Of a stretch of DNA of 64,000 nucleotides, positions 57,537 to 64,000 are shown one piece after another; positions within the stretch are counted from its first letter, which is position 1; the number at the start of each line of letters is the position of its first letter. The stretch comes from a virus. Both the position numbers and the translations under genes were made by a program. The notes beneath the pieces are model-generated. The model was not told the origin of the DNA. It did not search any database and saw nothing but the letters and a program-made list of their open reading frames with translations. Location of the stretch: the IMG/VR virus record IMGVR_UViG_3300046804_003294, positions 3,280 through 67,279 of that record; one strand, 5' to 3'.

Positions 57537-57872
57537 ATGAGGCCATCACGCGGCATGGGGGCAATCAATCCCTCTAAGATGCCCGGCGCTAAAACAAAAG
57601 CGCGCCGGGATGACACTGACTTTACGCAGTACGCCAAAGGCGGCTCCGTCAGGTTGGGTAAGCCTTCTGTGGAGGATGCCGTGAGAAAAGCTGCTACCAA
57701 GTCCAAGGTAAACCAAGCTGGCAACTACACCAAGCCGGGTATGAGAAAAGCGCTCTTCAGTAAGATCAAGAACTCAGCGGTGCAAGGTACCGCTGCAGGG
57801 CAGTGGTCGGCAAGGAAAGCGCAGCTACTGGCAAAACGGTACAAAGCTGCTGGCGGGGGCTACAAGGGATGA
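57537..57872 (+). CDS. basic protein (DUF5872-like N-terminal part)
   Basis: GQWSARKAQLLAKRYKAAGGGY. Confidence 0.65.
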   Translation: MRPSRGMGAINPSKMPGAKTKARRDDTDFTQYAKGGSVRLGKPSVEDAVRKAATKSKVNQAGNYTKPGMRKALFSKIKNSAVQGTAAGQWSARKAQLLAKRYKAAGGGYKG

Positions 57873-58102
57873 AGGCACCGCAACAAAGCCTGAAGAACTG
57901 GACGGAGCAGAAATGGCGTACAAAGTCAGGCAAGCCTTCAAGCAAGACCGGCGAGAGGTATCTCCCGGAAAACGCAATCAAGGCGCTAAGCCCAGCCGAG
58001 TATGCCGCCACCACGAAGGCAAAGCGGGTAGGGAAGGCAAAAGGCAAGCAGTTTGTTAAGCAGCCAAAAGGCATAGCTCAGAAGACAGCGAGGTTCAGAT
58101 AA
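57869..58102 (+). CDS. basic protein (DUF5872-like C-terminal part)
   Basis: QQSLKNWTEQKWRTKSG...RYLP..A...LS..EY; ATGA overlap. Confidence 0.65.
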   Translation: MKAPQQSLKNWTEQKWRTKSGKPSSKTGERYLPENAIKALSPAEYAATTKAKRVGKAKGKQFVKQPKGIAQKTARFR

Positions 58103-58530
58103 TGGCTAAGTATGGAAGAGAAACAAACGACACCGCCATACGTGCGCGGCAGCAACGTGATCTTGATAAAGCCTCTAAGATGATGGAAGAGGATCGCAAT
58201 CCAGAAACACGTAAAAAATACACGGCAGATCAGTTAAAAGAAAGACTTAACTTTATGACTGATGCCATGCGTAATGCCGAGAGCCAAAGAAAATATGACG
58301 CTGAAGTAGCAGACAAACCACAACGCGAAGCAGCCGATGAGTTTCGTCGTGAAACTCGTGGCGGTAAACCCCCAGAGTTAAGTGGTTTTGGCCCGAAATT
58401 AACTTTTCTTACTCCTGAGCGCCTTGCTAAGTCTAGAGAAGCTATGGGGGGTATGAAAAAAGGCGGCAAAGTTAAATCCGCGTCAGCACGTGCTGATGGC
58501 ATTGCAATACGTGGCAGAACAAGGGCGTAA
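58102..58530 (+). CDS. charged protein with C-terminal MKKGG...RADGIA.RG.T motif
   Basis: TAATG-coupled. Confidence 0.65.
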   Translation: MAKYGRETNDTAIRARQQRDLDKASKMMEEDRNPETRKKYTADQLKERLNFMTDAMRNAESQRKYDAEVADKPQREAADEFRRETRGGKPPELSGFGPKLTFLTPERLAKSREAMGGMKKGGKVKSASARADGIAIRGRTRA

Positions 58531-58532
58531 AC

Positions 58533-59276
58533 GTGGCATACACCACCGACACAACAACTTTCAACCCAACGCTCAACGAGTACTTTGAGGAGGCGTTTGA
58601 GCGTTGTGGTATTGAGATGCGCACTGGCTACCATTTCAGGACGGCCCGGCGCAGCTTGAACCTGTTGTTGAACGAGTGGGCTAACCGCGGTGTTAACTTG
58701 TGGACGATTGAGCAAGGCTCAATCAACATGGTGCAAGGACAGACGACCTATGATCTCCCTGATGATACTGTTGACTTACTTGAGCATGTTATTCGTACAC
58801 AATCTGGTGACGTGCCCAACCAAACTGATCTGAACATCACGCGCATTTCCGTCTCCACGTACTCCACCATCCCTAACAAACTGGCGCAAGGCAGACCCAT
58901 TCAGGTGTGGATAAACCGCCAAAGTGGGCAGCGGGTGGGGTCAACTACAGGCGATGTTGCGCATCCTCAGATCAATGTCTGGCCAGCGCCAGACCAAGGT
59001 ACGGAAGCCAATCCGTACTACGTGTTTTATTACTGGCGTCTTAGGCGCATATTTGACGCAGGGAGCGGTGTGAACGCAGTGGACATTCCGTTTCGTTTTA
59101 CCAATGCGCTGGTTGCGGGGTTGGCGTACATGCTTTCAGTCAAACTGCCGGGCGTAGATGGCATGCGTATTCAGGCGTTGAAGCTGATGTACGACGAGGC
59201 ATGGGATTTGGCAGCAGGTGAAGACCGCGAGAAAGCAGCGGAGCGTCTGGTGCCGCGGCAGATGTTTATCACGTAA
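58533..59276 (+). CDS. head-tail adaptor/connector protein (putative)
   Basis: EEAFERCG...ARRSLNLL..EWANRG.NLW; DIPFRF..ALVAGLAY. Confidence 0.7.
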   Translation: MAYTTDTTTFNPTLNEYFEEAFERCGIEMRTGYHFRTARRSLNLLLNEWANRGVNLWTIEQGSINMVQGQTTYDLPDDTVDLLEHVIRTQSGDVPNQTDLNITRISVSTYSTIPNKLAQGRPIQVWINRQSGQRVGSTTGDVAHPQINVWPAPDQGTEANPYYVFYYWRLRRIFDAGSGVNAVDIPFRFTNALVAGLAYMLSVKLPGVDGMRIQALKLMYDEAWDLAAGEDREKAAERLVPRQMFIT

Positions 59277-59698
59277 TGGGCAACAGATTTTCGTCAGGCC
59301 GCTTCAGTATTGCGGAGTGCGACCGGTGTGGTCAGCGCTACAAGCTGAAGGAGCTAAAAAAGCTCGTGATCAAGACCAAGCAGGTCACGATCAAGGTGTG
59401 CCAGACATGCTGGGAGCCTGACCAGCCGCAGTTGCAGTTAGGTATGTATCCGGTGGACGACCCGCAAGCCGTGCGGGAGCCGCGCAGAGACAACAGCTAC
59501 ATTCAGTCCGGTTACAGTGGGCTGCAGGTTTTGGCAAATGCTTCGCCAGTGCTGTTGTCAGATGGTACGCCGTCAGGCGGTAGTCGTATCATCCAGTGGG
59601 GCTGGGCACCGGTAGGTGGGGCAAGAGCAGATGACGCAGGGCTAACGCCTAACTATCTGGTGGCGCAGACAACAGTAGCAAACGTAACAATTAACTAG
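59276..59698 (+). CDS. conserved hypothetical protein with CxxC...CxxC
   Basis: AECDRCG...VCQTCWEPDQPQL...DPQA. Confidence 0.7.
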   Translation: MGNRFSSGRFSIAECDRCGQRYKLKELKKLVIKTKQVTIKVCQTCWEPDQPQLQLGMYPVDDPQAVREPRRDNSYIQSGYSGLQVLANASPVLLSDGTPSGGSRIIQWGWAPVGGARADDAGLTPNYLVAQTTVANVTIN

Positions 59699-59707
59699 GA
59701 GTGCAGC

Positions 59708-59863
59708 ATGGACAACATGAGAAAAGTGGCGCGGCAGGAAGTCAAAGCCCACGAGAAGCGCATGCACAAAGGCAAGGGCATGGCAAAAGGTGGCGTGACC
59801 ACTGATCAGATGAAAAAGCTAGGGCGCAACCTTGCGCGTGTTGCCAACCAAAAAACCGGTTAA
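59708..59863 (+). CDS. small basic protein (51 aa, not in ORF track)
   Basis: GGAG RBS; MDNMRKVARQEVKAHEKRMHKGKGMAKGGVT... Confidence 0.7.
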   Translation: MDNMRKVARQEVKAHEKRMHKGKGMAKGGVTTDQMKKLGRNLARVANQKTG

Positions 59864-59872
59864 GGAGCAGTC

Positions 59873-60070
59873 ATGGCTAAGAACGGAATCAAGCAAGTGA
59901 TGGCAACTGCCTCAAAAAGTGAGTCAGGCGCTAAACGGCTAACGCAGATCAATCCGTCTGTGGACGGTATCAGCAAAGGCAACTACCCTGAAGTCAAAAC
60001 TTCTGGCATAAAAATTCGTGGCACTGGCGCTGCAACCAAAGGCGTCATGGCGCGTGGACCGATGGGCTGA
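59873..60070 (+). CDS. small basic protein
   Basis: AAGGAG RBS; IRGTGAATKG. Confidence 0.65.
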   Translation: MAKNGIKQVMATASKSESGAKRLTQINPSVDGISKGNYPEVKTSGIKIRGTGAATKGVMARGPMG

Positions 60071-60072
60071 AA

Positions 60073-60756
60073 ATGACGTACACCGAGCTTGTTAACGCGA
60101 TACAGGAGTACACCGAGAACTACGAAGCTGTCTTCGTAGCGAATATTCCTGTCTTCATCCAGCAGACGGAGACGCGGGTTTACAACGCGGTTCAGTTGCC
60201 GTCCCTGCGTAAAAACGTCACGGGACCGATGAAAGCGAACAACAAGTACTTGCCATGCCCCGGTGATTTTCTTGCGTCTTACTCGCTGGCGGTTATTGAG
60301 GCATACGGCACGGCAAACGAAACATACCACTACCTCTTGAACAAGGATGTGAATTACATCCGTGAGGCTTACCCCACCCCTGCTGACACAGGGCTTCCCC
60401 AGTACTACGCACTGTTTGGTCCTGCTACCAGCGGCAACGTCATTACAGATGAGCTGTCATTCATCTTTGGCCCCACGCCTGACTCAGCGTATACGCTGGA
60501 GTTGCATTATTACTATTACCCTGAGTCAATCACGGTAGCAGCAGATGGCAGGACGTGGTTGGGTGACAACTATGATCCGGTGTTGTTGTATGGTGCACTG
60601 CGGGAAGCTTATTTGTTCATGAAAGGTGAGACAGATTTGATTCAGAACGTCGAGGCTAAGTACAATGAAGCCATGGCGGAATTGAAGCGTTTGGGTGATG
60701 GTCTGGAGCGTCAGGATGCGTACCGCAGTGGACAAGTTAGGGTGCCGGTGACGTAA
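60073..60756 (+). CDS. adaptor/tail tubular-like structural protein
   Basis: MTY.EL...IQ.Y.E, G.PQYYA, PTPD..Y, LLYGAL.EAY.FMKG. Confidence 0.7.
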   Translation: MTYTELVNAIQEYTENYEAVFVANIPVFIQQTETRVYNAVQLPSLRKNVTGPMKANNKYLPCPGDFLASYSLAVIEAYGTANETYHYLLNKDVNYIREAYPTPADTGLPQYYALFGPATSGNVITDELSFIFGPTPDSAYTLELHYYYYPESITVAADGRTWLGDNYDPVLLYGALREAYLFMKGETDLIQNVEAKYNEAMAELKRLGDGLERQDAYRSGQVRVPVT

Positions 60757-61181
60757 TGACTATTCGCCAAGGATTGACAACAAGCTTCAAGCTTGACATG
60801 GTGAACGGACGGCAGAATGTCGCCTCTGATGCACTGAAGATAGCGCTGTACACAGCGTTTGCAGACATTAACGAGAATACAACAGTGTATTCTTCGGACA
60901 ACGAGATTAGTGGTACAGGGTACACCGCTGGTGGGCAGGCACTGTCAAATGTGACAGTCAACTCAACCAGCAACGGGATAGTATATGTGAGCTTCTCAAA
61001 CCCGGTGTGGGACCCTGCGCAGTTTACGGCACGTGGTGCTTTGATATACAACACGACAAGGAGTAACGCGTCAATTGCTGTGCTGGATTTTGGGTCTGAC
61101 AAGACACAGGCAGGCAACAACACGTTTACTGTGACTTTACCCCCTGACACAGCGTCCAGTGCGCTGATACGTATTAACTAA
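60756..61181 (+). CDS. tail structural protein
   Basis: LKIALYT...E..GTGYTAGG...ARGALIYN...VLDFG.DKT. Confidence 0.7.
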   Translation: MTIRQGLTTSFKLDMVNGRQNVASDALKIALYTAFADINENTTVYSSDNEISGTGYTAGGQALSNVTVNSTSNGIVYVSFSNPVWDPAQFTARGALIYNTTRSNASIAVLDFGSDKTQAGNNTFTVTLPPDTASSALIRIN

Positions 61182-61190
61182 GGAGTAATC

Positions 61191-61766
61191 ATGAGCATTG
61201 AAACTTCTAAAACAAGTGAAACCGTGGGCGCTGCTGTTGAGCGCAAAACGGGCTTTGCTGAAGGCGCGTCTGGCGGTGGTGTGTTTACCGTGACTTGCTT
61301 TGACAGCAACGGCAATGAAAAGTGGGTTGAGATTGCGCCTAACCTTGTGGTCAACACAGGTCTGCAGGACATGAATACCAAGTTCTTTTCAGGCTCCGCC
61401 TATACCGCTGCTTGGTATCTGGGTCTGGTCAACGGCACCTCGGCGTCAACTACTTTTTCTGGTGGCGACACGTTGGCTACACACGCAGGTTGGACGGAAA
61501 ACTCAAGCTACACCGGCAACCGCAAAGCTGTTACGTTTGGCGCAGCTACGCTGGCTGATCCGTCTAATATCAACAACGCATCGTCTGCTGCTTCGTTCAC
61601 TATGAACGCTAACGCGACTATTGCAGGCGCGTTTTTGACCAATGTAGCTACAGGTACAACTGGTTTGTTGTTTTCGGTGTCTGACTTCCAATCGCCGGGC
61701 GACCGTACTGTGGTCAGTGGCGACGTGTTGAACATCACGTACTCGTTCAACCTTGACGCAGCGTAA
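61191..61766 (+). CDS. tail structural protein
   Basis: NLVVNTG...WYLGL...GDVLNITY. Confidence 0.7.
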   Translation: MSIETSKTSETVGAAVERKTGFAEGASGGGVFTVTCFDSNGNEKWVEIAPNLVVNTGLQDMNTKFFSGSAYTAAWYLGLVNGTSASTTFSGGDTLATHAGWTENSSYTGNRKAVTFGAATLADPSNINNASSAASFTMNANATIAGAFLTNVATGTTGLLFSVSDFQSPGDRTVVSGDVLNITYSFNLDAA

Positions 61767-61778
61767 TAGGAGCTAATC

Positions 61779-61955
61779 ATGGCGGCATTTCAAAAAGGTC
61801 AGGCTGTTCGCGTAAACGCTACTATTCCTCAAGGTCCCGTACAAAAGATGCGTATGGATGAGGACGGGGTTGTCTGGTATCTGATTGAATGGTCAGATGG
61901 TACTGTTACGCAAGAACGCTGGTTTGCTGAGCACGAGCTTGTCTCTGCGGAGTAA
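61779..61955 (+). CDS. small SH3-like protein (58 aa, not in ORF track)
   Basis: AGGAG RBS; FQKGQAVRV...YLIEW...RWFAEHEL. Confidence 0.65.
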   Translation: MAAFQKGQAVRVNATIPQGPVQKMRMDEDGVVWYLIEWSDGTVTQERWFAEHELVSAE

Positions 61956-61958
61956 TGA

Positions 61959-62921
61959 GTGGCTATTGTCGATGGCGGCTACAGCAGCGGCACATGGGGC
62001 GAAGCAGGGTGGGGCTGTTCGGTTTACTACCCGCTAGTCTCCAATGGCGGCTGGGGTAACGGTCCATGGGGCAGTGATGGTTGGGGGCTTGGCAATGGTG
62101 GTTTAGTTGTTGCGTCCGAAGAATACAACACCGCTGCGCCCATAATAGCTACCATCATTGAAACAGTAGTTGCATCAGATGAACTGACAACAGCGCTGCC
62201 TCAACTGGGAACGGTAAGTGAAACTGTTACTGCTACTGATGTTGTATCTGGTGCTCTTACCCTGCCCGTATCTGTACTTGAAACGGCAAATGTCAGTGAA
62301 ACAGTAGCAGGCGCAGTAGTACTAGTTGGTACAGTTAATGAAACAGCAAATGGTAGTGAAACTGTATCAAGCTTGTTTATTGTCAACGGACAAGTAACAG
62401 AGACGTTAACTACAACAGACAGCTTGACCACGCAGGTGGTTTTGGGCACTGCGGTAAGTGAGACGGCAACAGGTAGCGACGAAGCAAGTGCAACACCGCA
62501 GTATCCGGGCAACGTCAGTGAAACGGCAACAGGCAGTGACACGGTAGCAGGCGCACCTGCTTATGTGGCAAATGTGGCAGAGACTGTCACGGCGTCTGAA
62601 GCGCTTACAAGCGCGTTTGGTGTACCGGCGTTTGTAACAGAAAGCGCTAATGTAAGTATTGCAGTGTCTGGATTGGTGGTGCTGCAGACGTTGATTGAAG
62701 AAGCAATTGCCGCGGCAGAAACAGCAGCAGCGTTGGCTGAATTCCAAGCCGCCGTAGCCGAAGATGCAACAGGCAGCGATTTGTTAGATGTAACAGGCAC
62801 AATACGAATTAGCATTGCTGAGAGTGTAACGGCGTCGGATACTACATCGCGGCGGCTGCAGTGGGAGTTGATTGATACAGGCGTAACCGAGGATTGGTCG
62901 CTGATTAACACTAATGAGTAA
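61959..62921 (+). CDS. repetitive tail-fibre-like protein
   Basis: Trp/Gly N-terminus then about 19-aa repeats of V.ET.T.S(D/E). Confidence 0.7.
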   Translation: MAIVDGGYSSGTWGEAGWGCSVYYPLVSNGGWGNGPWGSDGWGLGNGGLVVASEEYNTAAPIIATIIETVVASDELTTALPQLGTVSETVTATDVVSGALTLPVSVLETANVSETVAGAVVLVGTVNETANGSETVSSLFIVNGQVTETLTTTDSLTTQVVLGTAVSETATGSDEASATPQYPGNVSETATGSDTVAGAPAYVANVAETVTASEALTSAFGVPAFVTESANVSIAVSGLVVLQTLIEEAIAAAETAAALAEFQAAVAEDATGSDLLDVTGTIRISIAESVTASDTTSRRLQWELIDTGVTEDWSLINTNE

Positions 62922-62930
62922 GGAAGAACC

Positions 62931-63527
62931 ATGGCAAGTACATATTCCGCGCTAAAGATCGAGCTGATCGGCACCGGCGATCAGGCGGGTACGTGGGGTG
63001 CCACTACAAACGTCAACCTCGGCACAGCTCTTGAAGAAGCTATCACTGGTTCTGCCAACGTCACGTTTGCAAGCTCGAACACGGCGATTGCACTAACGGA
63101 CACAAACGCCACACAGACCGCACGTAACCTGCGGCTTAATCTGGTAGGCACAATCACAAATCAGCAGACGCTGTTCATCCCGGCGATAGAGAAGCAGTAC
63201 ATTGTCACGAATGGCCTGTCAAACTCGGTAGTCATCTCGAACGGAAGCAACGCTACTCCAACGGGTACGACTGTCACGGTTCCTGCTGGTAAGTCAATGC
63301 TACTGTTTAATGATGGTTCAAACGTGGCAGACGTCATCACGCAGCTTGTATCGTTGGCGCTGACAAACCCGCTAGGCATCGCAAGCGGCGGCACAGGCTT
63401 GGCTACAATTGGTTCAAACGGTACTGTGCTGACCTCTAACGGCACTGTGGCTTCATGGCAAACGCCTGCTGCTGGTGGTATCACTACAGGCAAATCTATC
63501 GCGATGGCGATGATCTTCGGCTTCTGA
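62931..63527 (+). CDS. tail fibre/baseplate-like protein
   Basis: MASTYS.LKIEL..TG.QAGTWG.TTN.N; GGTG and VLTSNG..ASW motifs. Confidence 0.7.
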   Translation: MASTYSALKIELIGTGDQAGTWGATTNVNLGTALEEAITGSANVTFASSNTAIALTDTNATQTARNLRLNLVGTITNQQTLFIPAIEKQYIVTNGLSNSVVISNGSNATPTGTTVTVPAGKSMLLFNDGSNVADVITQLVSLALTNPLGIASGGTGLATIGSNGTVLTSNGTVASWQTPAAGGITTGKSIAMAMIFGF

Positions 63528-63538
63528 GGAGTATATAA

Positions 63539-63940
63539 ATGGCAAATCCCAATATCGTTAACGTCACGCAGATTTACGGTCAGACCACATACCTGACACC
63601 TGCAAACACGGCAAGCTTTGTGTTAGTGACAAACACAGTTAACTCTGGCAACGTATTCAAGCTTGACCAGATTGTTGCTGCTAACCAGACAAACACGGCG
63701 GCGAACGTGACTGTTTCTCTCTTTACCAGCGGCAACGTAGTGGCAGGTAACGCTGTTGTGACTAGTAGCAGCAATGCGTTCCCGATCGCGTCAAACATTT
63801 CTGTTCCTGCTTTCGCTTCTTTGATCGTCATGGACAAGACAACGGCTACTTACCTGTTGGAAGACAAAGCTATTGTTGTGTCCAGCGGCACAAACAGCGC
63901 AATCACTTTCTCAGTCAGCTACGAACAGATCAGCTCGTAA
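63539..63940 (+). CDS. tail-associated structural protein
   Basis: MANPNIVNVT.I.G...SYEQIS. Confidence 0.7.
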   Translation: MANPNIVNVTQIYGQTTYLTPANTASFVLVTNTVNSGNVFKLDQIVAANQTNTAANVTVSLFTSGNVVAGNAVVTSSSNAFPIASNISVPAFASLIVMDKTTATYLLEDKAIVVSSGTNSAITFSVSYEQISS

Positions 63941-63949
63941 GGGTAGAAC

Positions 63950-64000
63950 ATGGCACTTCACGGGTATCCCGGCAACATTATCAGCGCGAGTTCTCCGCTG
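63950..64000 (+). CDS. 5' end of next tail gene (partial)
   Basis: ATG 63950, MALHGYPGNIISASSPL open to the window end. Confidence 0.5.
   Translation, partial: MALHGYPGNIISASSPL

Noticed and set aside
1-64000. tRNA genes, integrase, transposase, reverse transcriptase/DGR
   Set aside because: No cloverleaf or catalytic motifs recognised by eye; tRNAscan and HMM searches were not run.

Overview
This window is most of a tailed-phage genome with P22/podovirus-like virion genes. The host is unknown; a freshwater betaproteobacterium is a weak guess. The window starts inside a Gly-rich tail-fibre gene and ends at the start of another tail gene, so it may be a circularly permuted, nearly complete genome. 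The + strand arm (47.4-64 kb, continuing at 1-20.2 kb) carries terminase, portal, a GroES-like protein, scaffold, major capsid, many small Lys/Gly/Met-rich proteins, adaptor/tail genes, a 2OG-Fe(II) oxygenase, holin/endolysin and four ejection-type proteins, including a 2870-aa polyvalent protein. The - strand arm (47.0 to 20.2 kb) carries early genes, an amidoligase plus class II glutamine amidotransferase pair, a sugar-modification island and a replication module (PolA, PD-(D/E)XK nuclease, SNF2 helicase, SSB-like protein, primase-helicase). The main candidate for a new system is a phage-encoded branched-chain 3,6-dideoxysugar (yersiniose-like) pathway: RfbH/E1, a naturally split ThDP enzyme and an SDR, next to five glycosyltransferase-like genes and in the same gene run as the DNA polymerase. 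Other notable signals are five copies of a 21-bp palindrome confined to the early region, a second TGT-N10-ACA operator family, a shared (M/F/Y/L)-x-x-G-G peptide motif across probable capsid-internal proteins, a candidate pseudoknotted RNA after the capsid gene, and a candidate antisense sRNA matching several ribosome-binding leaders. No integrase, tRNA or CRISPR array was recognised. All product calls come from reading motifs by eye; no database search was run.
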